From assembly GCA_951406725.2 (NCBI GenBank), contig OX597821.1, forward strand, positions 48,112,001 through 48,176,000: a stretch of 64,000 nucleotides of DNA, written 5' to 3'. This document shows positions 13,341-26,800 of this stretch, in pieces; the first letter of the stretch is position 1; each line of letters starts with the position of its first letter. Under the pieces are notes generated by a model. That model saw nothing but the letters and a program-made list of their open reading frames with translations. It was not told the origin of the DNA and did no database searches. The position numbers were made by a program, and so were the translations under genes. This DNA is from Octopus vulgaris (Eukaryota).

Positions 13341-13609
13341 TCCTGCCGAGTACTCATTTCAGATCCCCAATTTATCTTTTCACTTTTCATTCTTTTCTTT
13401 CCTTCTAACTTCCTTCCCTCTACCCCATCTCTCTATCCTTCTCCTGTGCCTTCTCATTGTACCTTTGGAACACAAGCACCACTATTTTCTTCCTTTTTTT
13501 GTTAGTTTTTGTCATGCAGTGTCCCACATTTTGAAATACTTGCAATTTGTAGATACATTTCCAAAAATTAAACATTTTAATATGCAAAATATACTTCACA
13601 TTATTGTAT

Positions 13610-14128
13610 ATACTATGCATTAATGCAAAAAATATTGTCTTTATTGGCTATCTTCAAAATGATCACACCATCAATGGAAAATTTCAATACCAACTTCCTA
13701 AGGCAGTTATGAAAGGCTATCAAGACCAAACACCCAGAAAAAACTGATAAATGGGGTCTTGTTTCATTAGGACAATGCTTCAGTACACAAGTCCTTGGTT
13801 TCAATGGCTGCTGTATGTGACTGGCTTTGAACTGGTTGATCATGCTCCCTATGTTAGTGATTTGGTTCCTTCTGGTTATCATCTGTTTCCCAACATAGAA
13901 AAACACTCAGCTGAGTACCAGTATCACTATGATGAGAACATCTTATCTGCTGTTGATGACCATTTTGATCAACAGAAAAGCTTCTTCACCAGTGTGACCC
14001 AAGCACTGCAACTACTAATGGACGTGTGTGGACAGTAAGAGGAACTATGTTAGAAAATGAACTTCATTTGGTCACATTCCATTGAGAGTGTCTTGCTCAG
14101 ATTATGAACATTTCAGCCGACCCTCATA
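13610..14128 (+). mobile_element. mariner transposase 3' fragment with right TIR
   Basis: DNA motif and HAPYVSDLVPSGYHLF (cf. HPPYSPDLAPSDYHLF); ends cagccgaccctcata. Confidence 0.8.
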
Positions 14129-14767
14129 ATAATAAAAATTATTATACCTGCATTTGTTTTAATGTTAACATTGGAAAAATCCACATTTTTCATTAAAAGA
14201 ATTTGCACCCCCTTAGCAAATTTTGTTGCTGGGCCACTAGTTATAGGTATATATGTATGTGAGTACATATGTATGTATATATATGTGCATGTATGTATGT
14301 GCATGTATGAGTATGTATATATATATATAAAATATGAATTAGAGTTAAAACCACGATTAGGCAACTCAGTGATAGACATAAACCAATACATAAATAACAA
14401 ATAATATATAAGAAAATAAAAAATAAAATCACAAACGGCAAAAAGAGAAATGAAATCGCAATCCAGCGAGAAAACTATTAAAAATAACTGTTAACAGGTA
14501 TTGATATATAAACGCCCTCGGGCAAGCTGCATGTCACGAGTACACTCTCTCATACAAGCATCCACAAAAATGTGAGCATACCCACACGTGAGGTTTGGTG
14601 CACTCATGATCACAAAGCGAGGTAGTTATCTATTTGATGTTTATAAAAATGGGGAGGTTAAAAGTAACCTTAAGTCATCCATACCTTAAAGTAAATTAAA
14701 TTAAGTTACCGGTTACTCAAAATTCATTACTGCAGGTTTCTGTGAATAGATCTTCCACACTTCTGGT

Positions 14768-15740
14768 ATTTCCCTAGACATCAACATCAAGATACGTAAC
14801 TCCATCGTCACAACAGACATCTACTACAAAAAAAACCGACACACACCAATATTTAAATTTCTACTCCTGCCACTCAACCCACATAAAAAGAAACATTCCA
14901 TATAGTATGGCAAGACACATATGCAGCATAGTAACCAACTCACAAACATGCCAAAATATGACTGAATGAACTTAAAAACTTCCTACTAGAACAAAAATAC
15001 CCACTCAAACTAATAAAAAATGGAATGTCAAGAGCAATGAAACTGGACATCACACAACTCAGAACCCCCAAAACGTAAAACAAAGAAAACATCATCCCCT
15101 TCATAAACACACACAACCCTGGAATTACCAACATGTTTCAAATCATACATTCAAACTTATCAATAGTCCTACAAAGCCCCAAAATGGGAAACATATTAAA
15201 CAAATATTGCATCAAAGACAGTAAATGCCAAGAGAAAAAACCTGAAGAAACAACTAACAAGAGTGAAATTCTCATCAGAGACTAAAACCGAATTCTTTGT
15301 AAAAGAGTGAGGATATGGTAGTTGTGGGATCTGCAGTAACCCCACCTCAAATATATAGAGAGAAACAAACAAATAAAATTTAAGAGTGGTCACATATTCA
15401 AAGTAAATGCAGACATAGATTGCAAGACACAGAATGTAATATATTGCATAACCTGCCCCACATGCAAGGAGAATTATATAGGCGAAACTGGAAATTCTTT
15501 ATGCCAATGAGCCAGAATTCACCGACATGTCCGACAGGAGGAACTGCAAAAGATTCCACTGAGTAAACGCTTAGATACATGTGGACAAGGTAAATTTAAG
15601 ATCTTTCCCTTCTATAAATGCCCAAGGAATGACACCTTCTTCAGGAAAAATATGGAAAAATACTTGATAACAAAGTCCTCCCCCAAAACTGAATGGCTGA
15701 AAATATCTATAATAAGCTGTACCAGATGAAGGACCAAATT
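14768..15740 (+). mobile_element. Penelope-like element: RT thumb, Cys linker and GIY-YIG endonuclease (decayed)
   Basis: LDINI..TDIYYKK..QYLNFYSCH..KRNIPYS; CGIC; NVIYCITCPTCKENYIGETG. Confidence 0.88.
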
Positions 15741-15760
15741 TGTAAAGTAAATTGTATTAA

Positions 15761-15791
<31 letters not shown>

Positions 15792-15910
15792 GTACTATAC
15801 ATATGTATATATACATAAATAGAAACAATCTTACATCCAGATTCTCCAACCCACACCAGCACGGGAATCAAACATTGGATTGAAATAACTGAAAAGTGGT
15901 ATAGATGTCA

Positions 15911-16600
15911 ACACAATTTTTTCTTCTTCCTCTCTTCCTTCTTTCTTTCCTTCTCTTTTCCATTGACACTTCTTTCAGATACACAGGCACCCACCCACAC
16001 ACATACACACACACACACACACGCACACACACACACAAAAAACACATACACACTCTCTCACTGGACAATGATGAAAAGAAATCCAGACAAAAATAATTTT
16101 TGAAAAACAAGAATCCCCTTGAAGTAGCCACCTGATTTTACCATTTTTAAAGGACAAGAATCACTTTCTATCGAAGGAACTAACCAGCTAAACACATTTT
16201 TTCTTCTTTCTCTCTTCCTTCTTTCTTTCCTTCGCTTTTCCATTGACACCTCTTTCAGATACACAGACACCCACACACACATGCACACACGCACACATAC
16301 ACACATACACACACTCTCTTTCTCACGAGACAATGATAAAAAGAATTCCAGACAATGTTTTGAAAAATAACATTTACCCCCTTGGAGTGACCACCTGATT
16401 TTGCCATTTCTAAAAGCCAAGAATCACTTTCTATTGAAAGAACTGACCAGCTGTATGAAAGTAAAACATTTTTTCTTCTTTTTCTCTTCCTTCTTCCTTT
16501 CCTTCTCTTTACCATTGACACTTCTTTCAGATACAACGGCACCACGCACACACATGCACTCTCTCTCACTTTCTCCTTATTCCTCACCCTCTTTTACTAT
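15911..16600. repeat. ~280-bp tandem repeat (2.5 copies) with embedded (CA)n
   Basis: ttttcttctt...ccattgacac.tctttcagatac recurs at ~15916, 16197 and 16469. Confidence 0.85.
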
Positions 16601-16759
16601 CTTATATCTCTCTCCACCCCTATACACTCAATAATACTATAAAAAGAAAAAAATCTCCTGAAAAGTTCAAAGTGGGCAGTTAGTAGGATTTTGGAAGTTA
16701 CGGGGTGGGTGTGAGGTTTAGAACTTGTATGGGTGCATGTTTGTGTCTGTTGTAGTGTG

Positions 16760-17100
16760 CAGCATTAGAAGCGATACTGTTTAAGCAGGAGTAGCACACC
16801 TTGACATTATGTGGGTTATAATACTTGTGGCCTCTGGGGAAATGCTTCTTAATCAATAACAAGAAGCTACTAGCTACATTAGTGGAGGCTTCTATGCTGC
16901 ATGGTGGATTGAACCGGATTGCCTTTCTCTTTCTGGATGTGGAGTTGGGATTGGAGGTCCTTTATATATGCTAGCTTCTCAATGAATGCACTCCAAGCCA
17001 AAGCATCATTGTAGTCAGGGATTACTCTGTTAAAGATCTCCCTCTTGGTTGAGAGCTTGGATATTCTTCTGCAAAAATGTGGAGGGCCCGCGAAACTTGA
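16760..17100 (-). mobile_element. Penelope-like element fragment of a second clade (WFNPP type)
   Basis: Minus strand: ISKLSTKREIFNRVIPDYNDAL and FNPPCSIEASTNVASSFLLLIKKHFP..NVKV. Confidence 0.7.
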
Positions 17101-19197
17101 AGTTGCACAGAACTGAATTAAAATATTTTAAATAATACATGTAACTCCTACAAAATGTATTGAGTACCTTTTTCTTGCATTTGTTCGCTCACTTGGATAT
17201 ACACACGCACACATACATTCCTGCATGCAAGCATAGATTCGTATGTGTGTGCATGTGTGTGTGTGTGTAAGAGAGAGAGAGAGAGAGAAATATCGGTAGA
17301 AAGAAAATGCATCTGGGTCTTAAAAACAAATTGTGACAAAGTGTAAAAATGCAGAAACATACATATTATGATTCAATGCCATTAACAACCCAGTTTTTGT
17401 TTTCACACATGTTTCAGAGAAGAATTTTCTCCTGAGAATATTTACAGGGAGGCAGAACTTCCTGTGCCTGAATACACTTGAATGTGTTGAATATGACTTA
17501 ACACAAGCAAATTTCATTCAGCACTACTTCACACAACATTACATGTGTGTATGTTTATAACTTCAGTTTTTCTAACAAGGAAGACAAAAGTTCTCCACAC
17601 ATTTAGAATTGTGGAATATAATTATATTTATTCAATTGATGCCTTATGGTGCTACTCTTCATTTCATGAACGCTATATCTATCAGCCTGCCATTTTTTGT
17701 ATGCAAAGAAAAACATTTTCTAATTGAAGATGGCACTAAAACCAAATGTTCCATTGGTTGGTGCAAATCACATAAGCTTCATACAAAGGGCAGAAATTCA
17801 TAACTAAATAAGTTTGCAAGAAATGCACCGAATGGCATATTTTTTAAGGCATGAAAGTCATTATCAGCTTTTAGCTCAAATTTTAGCTTAAATTTTTGTA
17901 TCTTATTTATTGACAGCCAAGCATCACCTGTAGAATCAACTAGTCTTTAATTCAATATCAACAGGTACAAAAATATGCTAGAAAGCTTGGAGTCTTTGTT
18001 ACTTCCATGGGGTAGCACTAAAGGTTTTGGTCTCATATTTAATATATCAGATAAGTTGGGACGCTGAGTTTTCCAGTTGCATATAGTGGATAGCGGATAG
18101 TGAATTTTGTGGCTTTTGGATGCCTTTGATTTAGAAACACTACTGTACATTTCGCTTGCTTTTGTGACGTTACAGTAATTCCTGAACTGAAAACAGATGA
18201 ACATGCTTTATGTGTCTCATTTCACTTAACGCTGATAATGTGTCTTTACTGTGTGGTCTGTAGATTCTACAACTAATCTGTATACTTCTTCTGATATTCA
18301 TCTTCTACAGAAATTTAGTCATCTCTACAGCTACATTCAGCTAAATTGTTTATGGGCTGCTCATAAGGGGATTACAGCTACTTGTAAGGGAATTTCTATT
18401 GTATATTATGTGAAGGGGTTAAGTAATACTAATCATATTGTATATGTTCTGGCATTGACATGGACACATTTAAATTATGTCAGAAGTTTATGCAAGCTAA
18501 TATTTACATTTTTATTCATGTGTTGTTTTATGAGAGCAGTTCTGTTTATTTCACTATCATTAAAAATGATTGTTAGCTAGAATTCTGTTGTTGTATGAAG
18601 TAAATTTATAAAATATTTCTTTGTTCAAACATTAGATAAATACTATTATTTTGTATGATCATGGACAGGTGGTTACATACATTGTTCTTCACTTAGTTTT
18701 AGATTAGGAGAATAATTTGCCTGTGTTTTTGCATAGTGTTGCATCCAAGAATTTTACAACCCTCAGGTTCCAAAATGAAATTCTTTAAAACTGCTTGTTA
18801 GTGTCTTTCTAAAATTTGCCCAAGTTAACTCTATTTGTGTTAAAGAATACAGCAAGTTCTTCTCTGTAAAGTTCCCTGCAAATGTATATTGCTCTATTTT
18901 GTAGTATCCCTAGACTGTAATATCAAGTCTGAAATATCTACTCTGTTTTAGCTATTAACAGAAACACCACAAAGATTTTCACCTTTCTTAATATAGAAGG
19001 AATTATCAATGAATAATAATGAGTTCCTTAATGGGATTGATATTGATATCGGTGTTGGTTAAAATAAAATTGTATTTTTAAAATTTTGTTTAAGTGTTTT
19101 TCTGTGTACATACATGTGTGTGTGTATATGTACATGTACATTATACCTGAAGTTATATTTAAGTATGTATGTTTCTTTCACATACACACACACACAT

Positions 19198-19232
<35 letters not shown>

Positions 19233-20082
19233 TTATCCATCTATCTATCTATATACTATATATATGTGTGTGAGTGTACCTGTGTATACATATGTACATA
19301 TACATATATATAAATTTATGTATAACATACATATTACATGCACACATAAATCATCATCATATATATATATAATGAGTCTGTAGGTATGAGTATAAATGTA
19401 CATACATATACATTTCTAAACGTACATGTTTCTTTATGTACAAAACCCCAAAAGTTACAATTGTTTTGATAAAAATATAAAAATATAATTTGAACTAAAA
19501 ACCGATGAAAATTATATGGGAAGAACTTAAAAGAGGCTAGTGCATGCAGACACACACACACACCACACACACATTTATATACATGCATGTACAAAAACAT
19601 ATGCAAATACAGATCTCTACATATGTACAAAGACTCATACATACACACATGCACACACTCATACACACACAGAGAAAACTAAATTACCCTACCCTTTTGT
19701 GTCAAGTCGCCTCAGCCCACTACTACTTCTATATGAAATAAGGACACGATTTAGGTTGATTTAATCAATAAGAAATTTAGTTATGTGTTCTGTAAATTGG
19801 ATAAACTGGGAATTTGAATAGATTGTAAGGAAATGATGGTGAACTGAATAAGTTAATAGCTGGTGGTTGACATCTCTCCCCAATGGAATACATTAGGGAA
19901 ACAGTGTTTCCCGATAAAACATTGAAAAAGTGGCTGCATATTCAAGTAACTACAGTAAATTATATATACATGCATAAATGCATTTGTGTGTGTGTATGTG
20001 TGAAGGGAGATGGGGAAATGCAGTTTAGTTTAATAGTTAAGCAATTTGATCAGTAATATGTAAATATATATTTATGCACATG

Positions 20083-20904
20083 TAGGCTTGAAAGACATGA
20101 AGCTAGCTTGATCTGCTGGATGTGTAATGTCAGTGTGCACACACGACAGAGTGTTAGCGCCCTGAGAGAAATGCTGGACATAAGAAGCAGTGGATGTGGT
20201 GTGCAAGAGAGACGTTTACACTGGTATGGTCATGTACTATGGATGGATGAGAAGAGATGTGTGAAGAAGTGCCACTCCCAAACAGTTGAAGAAATCTGGG
20301 GTAGAGGTAGACCCAGAAAGACATGGGATGAGGTGGTCAAGCATGACCTTCGAACGTTGGGCTTCACAGAGGCAATGACAAAAGATCGAAACCTCTGGAG
20401 ATATCCTGTGACTGCAAAGACCCGACAAATAACGTGAGTTAATGGCTGTTTCCTGCACCTTGGATCGCAAGACAGCCTGCTGTGCTTACCTTGAATTGTA
20501 AGGCAACCTACTGTGCTTGAGGAGACCTACTGAGCCAAGTACATCAACATCAAAAAAATAAAATGGAAATTGTAGTTGTAATACCTGTGCCGGTGGCACA
20601 TAGAAAGCACCATCTGAATGTGGCTAATGCCAGCTCTGCCTTGACTGGCTTCTGTGCCGGTGGCATGTAAAAAGCACCAACCAATTGTGGCCGTTGCCAG
20701 CCTCCCCTGGTACATGTGCTGGTGGCACATAAAAAGCACCTACTACACTCACAGAGTGGTTGGCATTAGGAAGGGCATCCAGCTGTAGAAACACTGCCAG
20801 ATCAGACTGGAGCCTGGTGCAGCCTCCTGGCTTCCCAGACCCTGGTCAAACCATCCAAGCCATGCTAGCATGGAAAACGGATGTTAAACGATGATGATGA
20901 TGAT
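20083..20904 (+). mobile_element. RTE (BovB-like) LINE 3' end with (GAT)n tail
   Basis: ERRLHWYGHV..GRGRPRKTW..DL; 3' UTR ends in gatgatgat. Confidence 0.9.
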
Positions 20905-20989
20905 GTGTGTGTATGTGTGTGTGTGTGCATGTGTTTGTGTGCATGTGTGTGTGTGTGTGTGTACAAAATGTAAGAGGTATTTGAGGACG

Positions 20990-22110
20990 TATTGGGTAAT
21001 ATAATAAAACAATTCTAATCTAGCAAAAACCAAATCTATGTTTATAGAAATTTGTGTACATGTTCTCAGTAAGCTTTCTTATAAGAATTATTTTATGAAT
21101 CTACCTTCAGCCTTGATGACTACTTAAATGTAGCACCAGAATGATTGACATGTCTGCATTAAGTGACTCCTATTTATTTTGGACATCACCAGGACAATGG
21201 CAGACATCAATAAAATATGGTACTGTGAGCATGTTAATTAATCTCCCTTTTAACAACTGTCCAAATGTAGTAGTCCATGGGATTCAAAATCTGAGAAAGT
21301 TCTTGTGCTACATGATATAAATATTGTATAGCATCTATTCTTAGGTTATGGTTTTTTTTTGTGAAGTGCTGAGTCTAATTGAAACATGTCTGGCCTTCCA
21401 CTGCCTACATCCAGGGCCAGACAATTGTCACCAGTACCTCAACATATCCAGTAGCATTAATTCTAAGACCCTGTGGAAAGATGCAAGGTGGCACGGTGAC
21501 CTTCTTTACTCAACACTCCTAAAACCATCACTGTTGCTGGAAAGTTAATGTGAATCACTATGGTGACTTCAGAAGGATCTGCACATTATCATCTGTCATC
21601 TTTTCTGTTAAACTTTTTGTCATCACAGAAGAACCAAAGCAAGCCATGTTTGTAATTGCTTTTAACTGTAAATAATCTCTTGGCTTGAATCAAACGGATT
21701 TCTTGTCTTTGTAGACTTAAACTGAACTTTTCTCAGTCCATATGACTAGTATTAAATGTTCTCATGCACCATAGTTATGATAGTCTTCTCTGTCGCCTAA
21801 ACTTCTTTGGTGATGGCCTTCATCGATTTTTCAGGTTCGCAATCAATAATGTTTTGAATGTGTTATGTGCAGAATTCTAATAGAGTTCAAATATTTAGAA
21901 TGGTTTTCCTCTTTGACACAATTGAAATATTTCTTCCAGTGGCTTCTAATTCCAACTTTGTATTCAAAAAAGATCTTGCATCATTTAGAAAGTTTGCAAT
22001 TTCTAAATCATTGTGTTGTACACACAAGCAACAAAGACTGCTAGTTCTTTTAATTTCTTGTGTTAGCATTTTATCTGTCTAACGGATCTGATAGAAATAA
22101 AAACAATTAA
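20990..22110 (-). mobile_element. Tc1/mariner (maT/DD37D-like) transposon, decayed
   Basis: Minus strand: PPCIFPQGLRINATGYVEVL and NPMDYYIW; HTH-like N-terminus in ORF 21887..22069. Confidence 0.75.
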
Positions 22111-22483
22111 ACTGAAATAGCCATCTATGTATCATGATTAATACAGTCTGTAGTATTTGACCTGAGATATCATCTCTCCTGAACTTGCTCTGTTATAGGA
22201 AAAAAGTGAACAAATCATCCATTAATGTTGTAAATAGCCACCTAGCTGATTGGGAGCCAGTATACACATTCAAAGCAGTATTTCATTAAAATAGCCATCT
22301 GTGTGCCATACTTAATGTATACCCTCTGTCTATAGCCTAGTTACTTCCATGTTTGTCCTGAAATAACATCTCTTATGGACTTGCATAAAACTGCATCCTA
22401 ACTTGGCCCCTAACCATCCCCTTTTTATTCAATCACCTTTTTTATTCTTTTTATTTTCCTCCACCAGCTTTGCTCATTGTTCT

Positions 22484-22523
22484 AGTTATCTGATGAAGGA
22501 CCAGCATCCAAAATGTCAACTGA
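22484..22523 (+). ncRNA. CpG-decayed minimal hammerhead ribozyme relic (PLE-terminus type)
   Basis: agtt-at-CTGATGA-a-gga(ccagca)tcc-AAAA-tg-TC-aact; two CpG transitions away from CCGAAACGTC. Confidence 0.55.
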
Positions 22524-23218
22524 TTCTTTTTAAGATTAATATTGATACAATAGTTGTTAAAACTTGTCCTCCTCATGCTGTCTTCTTTTTGATTTAATCA
22601 AAAGTTCACTAAAAAACATGATTCAAAGTGGCTAATGGCATCTATATGAACAGCATAGAGAAATGCAAGTATATCAAATACCTTACAGCATAAAGTCTTG
22701 ATTTGTTAAAATTATCTCTGCCTCTAGAGTATGTGTCATAATTGCCAACAGGCAATTAAAACCAGCTCCATATAAGGAGTGATATTGTCAAGAATCAAAA
22801 ATTCTCCAAAGTTCATATGCCATTAAAGAAACTGATAGGCTAATTTTCTGAAGATATGAAGACAGTAGTAGACACATTTCTGTCTAAATAGATGTCATTA
22901 GCACAAATGTTCTCCAGCAGCCAAATGTCATGAAGGCCAGATCTTATTCTGCTGCTAGAGTTTTCTAATGCTATCATATTTTGAAAATATTAGGAATATG
23001 ATAATTTTAGGAACTTTAGAAGAGCTATGGAGGAAACCTCAGTTTCCATTTGACAAAGTTTAATGCACACACACTCACACATGCACACACTTACACACAC
23101 ACTCACATATGCACGTGCAGTTGCACACACACTCGTACACATCTATTTCATTACAAAAGGTCATTTGTGTTATGATAATTTTAAGCAAATGTTCACTTAT
23201 TAAATTTCGTTTTTGGAC

Positions 23219-23602
23219 TTGGTTTGCAAGATTCTTTATATGAGTTCGTGTGTTGAAGCATATTCTGTTGTGTCTGGGGAGAGTCATTTTCTTTTTGTGC
23301 CTTATAATGTAATACACTCACCGGTAAAATTTCCACTTATTTCTTATTTTTATTTTCCTAAAATTTTCGTTGCGTGTTGCAACCTTTTCAATAGTTTTGA
23401 CTCTCAAAACTATTGAAAAGTCAAAACTATTGGAAAGGTTGCAACACGCAATGAAAATTTTAGGAAAATAAAAATAAGAAATAAGTGGAAATTTTACCAG
23501 TGAGTGTATTACATTATAAGGCACAAAAAGAAAATGACTCTCCCCAGACACAACAGAATATGCTTCAGCACACGAACTCATATAAAGAATCTTGCAAACC
23601 AA
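23219..23602. repeat. Long inverted repeat (~185-bp arms) with a hammerhead-like motif in each arm
   Basis: 23219-23402 is the near-perfect reverse complement of 23419-23602. Confidence 0.92.
23357..23394 (-). ncRNA. Minimal hammerhead-like motif, U3:A8 core variant
   Basis: Minus strand: cta-TTGAAAA-g-gttgc(aacac)gcaac-GAAA-at-TT-tag. Confidence 0.5.
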
Positions 23603-23829
23603 ATTATAAGGCACAAAAAGAAAATGACTCTCCCCAGACACAACAGAATATGCTTCAGCACACGAACTCATATAAAGAATCTTGCAAACCAAATTATAAG
23701 GCACAAAAAGAAAATGACTCTCCCCAGACACAACATAATATGCTTCAGCACACGAACTCATATAAAGAATCTTGCAAACCAAATTATAAGGCACAAAAAG
23801 AAAATGACTCTCCCCAGACACAACAGAAT
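23513..23829 (+). repeat. 90-bp tandem repeat, 3.5 near-identical copies
   Basis: attataaggcac...gcaaaccaa starts at 23513, 23603, 23693 and 23783. Confidence 0.95.
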
Positions 23830-23852
23830 CCAATATTTACTTTTATCAAATA

Positions 23853-26800
23853 CTAGCAAAAATACTCAGTGTTGCTTGGGATTAAAATGGTATAGTTTGT
23901 ATATATATTAGTCATGTTGAAACATGCGATATGGGAAGTGCAATATTGATGACAAAACATTTGTGGAGTAAACGATGGGCTAATTCAACTAAGCTGCATG
24001 TCATGCATCCGTTTGGAGTATTCTAGGCTCTAACTTGTCATGGAAAATTGGGGGTGGCGAGGTATGTAATTTTTAAACACACCGAAAAGCTGTCAGTGGA
24101 TATACTCTCCTTTGTGGCAGTCAGCGCTACAGCTACCATGACCCACCATATGGTTGACAGTCAAACAAATGTAGATGTAATGGAGATATTGTACCTAAAT
24201 GGGTACATTCCAGAAGGGGGCTGTAATGGGAGACGGCAGAGGGTAAGTGAACTGTTGAGATGTTACAAAAGGTGAAGGGTTGATATTGGATTGCTGGCGT
24301 GGTTGTAAAATACGAAACATAAACTGAACCAATGCAGTCACATGAGAATATGTAGTAATTAATTACTTGAAAAAATAAGGCGTAATGGCCTATCATTGTA
24401 ACTGGGAGTAATTGGAGAATATGCTTTGATACTGAAGTCCATGCAGGAAACTGCTTTGTTGGTGCAGTCTTCAGGTTTGTTGGTATTATGCTGTGCAATG
24501 CCAAAATGGTAGCAATCTTCACCATTCAGACAGAGCAGTGGATACCGGAGTGCATTGTAGGATGTAGTAATTTCTACAAAACCTCTTGGTAAACAATATT
24601 CTTTATTTTCCTTTGTGAAACAAATGCAAATGGATTTTTTTGCTTCCCACTCTAGAGCAGCCAACATATAATTGCATGTGTGAGAAGCACGATGCTTCCA
24701 AGTGAAGTTCTACCACAATATCTATAAATAAATCCCAGACTCTGGGATTTATTTATAGATATTGCAAAGCTGATGCAAATAGGAAATTGCACTTTTCTGA
24801 ATGGAAAAGAAATTTCTGCTCCCAATGGAATGAGAGGAATCCTGGGTGTTAAAGCATCCTCGCCTTTTCCACACCCATCATCTTCTTTACCACCAGGCAT
24901 GTCTCATCGCAGAGTGTTGGTGGATCCAAATTCTTCAATAGCATTACTGGAGTTCCAATCTGTTGGGGAGGCAGTCCCGAAGGCTCCAATAAATTGGGAA
25001 ATTCTGTTGGATAGTTTATCACCTCTTCCGGAACTTTGATTGTATCAACTGACTTATAGATGTGAGGACTTTCAGGAAGGTACTGCAGCAGCTGCTCATT
25101 AATTTTACTTACAGTGCTGTTTTTTTGGAGCCAGTATTGCTCTTTCACACAGCCAATTGAGATTGTGATAAATGTCCTTTAGATTTGGAAACACTGGGGT
25201 TTTATGAGCAACAGTATCATCAATGGTGCAAAGTGGGCTGAATGGCATTTCTCCACCTGCATCGAGAGGTATCTTGCCATCTCCAAGTGTCAAAATGTCC
25301 TTAGCAAATTTTGCTGACAGTTGGCTGCTTTACAGTTCACATTTCATATAGGTGTTAAGACTCAATGTTGTGACCTGGTGACACAATAAAGAGGACTTAA
25401 GACATGCTCGGACTTCATCTGCCCTGGTTCCTTTGGGAATAACTGGAAAGGTCTGCTGAAATCTCCAGACAACAGGAAAGTAACACCTCCCACTGGACAC
25501 TGAGAGTTTCTGATGTCTTGTAAGGTTTTATCAAGTGCTTTAAGAGCTCCTTTGTGTGCCATGGTGCACTCATCTCACACAATGAGCTGGCACCTTCTTA
25601 GCACGTGTGCCTTGTCTGAGCTCTTGCTGCTGTTGCAAGTAGGTATGTCAGATGTTGCTAAATTCAGAGGAAGCTTAAAGGTTGAGTATGCTGTCCTGCC
25701 ACCAGGCAGCAAAGTTGCTGCAATCCTAGAGGATTCCACAGTTAATGTGATGCCCATGTGCTGCCTAACCTGAGTGAGAAGAAGTTTTGTCACAAATATT
25801 TTTCCTGTCCCTGTAGGTGCATCCACAAAAAGAGATGCCTCCTTTTCAGTCAACACAGTAAACAATAGTGTTGTAATTGCTTTGCTGGTCCAGAAGCAGT
25901 TTTGGCCCAATTTTACTGACATATCTGGCAAGAGCACCAGTGTCATAGGATGTTTCTTGTAGGGTATCTGTAGGAAAGGTGTTTGACCCTATCAGGCAGG
26001 TTTGGGGCAGGCCATATGTAGGTCAAGCATTTCCACTCATTAAAACAATCTTGACTTCTATGTTAATTAGTGCTCTGTTGTAAACTTCATAACTGAAACC
26101 TACTTCCATGACAGGGAACTGTAATTGTGCTTGATGTTTCAAATCTTCAGACAGGTCATCTCTATACTTGAGCCACAAAGAGGCAGGATCACACAGTTCA
26201 CATGTTTGCAATAATACTGTAAATAGTGCCCTAAGACTTCTAGGTAACTGTGATACAGCAGCCTCTACCAAAGTTGCATCCCACTGTGCACTATCTTCTG
26301 GCAGTACATGCTTAAAGCAGGCTTCACTATACGTAGCACAAACTTGTCTATCAACAGTTTTTAGGTCTTGGAAACACGTTGGTCTTCTGACCTCATGCAG
26401 TAGCAGACAGAAATAGAAACATTCATGTTGGCTGGGATGCACTGTGTAAACCTTGCCATGGCAATTGTCAGTATTTATGCCAAGCTGTCCATTGACATCT
26501 TGACCTGCCTTTCTTCATGTTCGCATCTTCTTATTCCAAGTGTAGTAGGATGGTACCTGGGAGTACAGCAAGGTTTGAGCAAATGGATCTACATGGCAAA
26601 GTTTGAAAAATGCAGTGAGGGTGGTGTCCTTTTGTTCCTGTGCCAACTGAGCAGCATTAGCATCAGGGAAGTACACTCTCTGACCATCTTCCAGGTGCAC
26701 TACAAACTGTTGAATGGTAGGGTGTCTTGGGTGTAGTAGAAAGCAAAAAATGCACCAGAAGACCTCATTGCTACTGATGTATCATCCCATTTGGTATTGT

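Noticed and set aside
15715-15745. ccagatgaaggacc just after the PLE ORF
   Set aside because: Position fits a PLE hammerhead, but the core is mutated and GAAA and stems are absent
17600-18250. Cys-containing minus-strand fragments (YAIRCISC...)
   Set aside because: Many stops and no family I can recognise
23318-23911. Repetitive ORFs and CRISPR-like appearance of the 90-bp array
   Set aside because: Units are contiguous with no unique spacers, there are no cas genes and the context is eukaryotic
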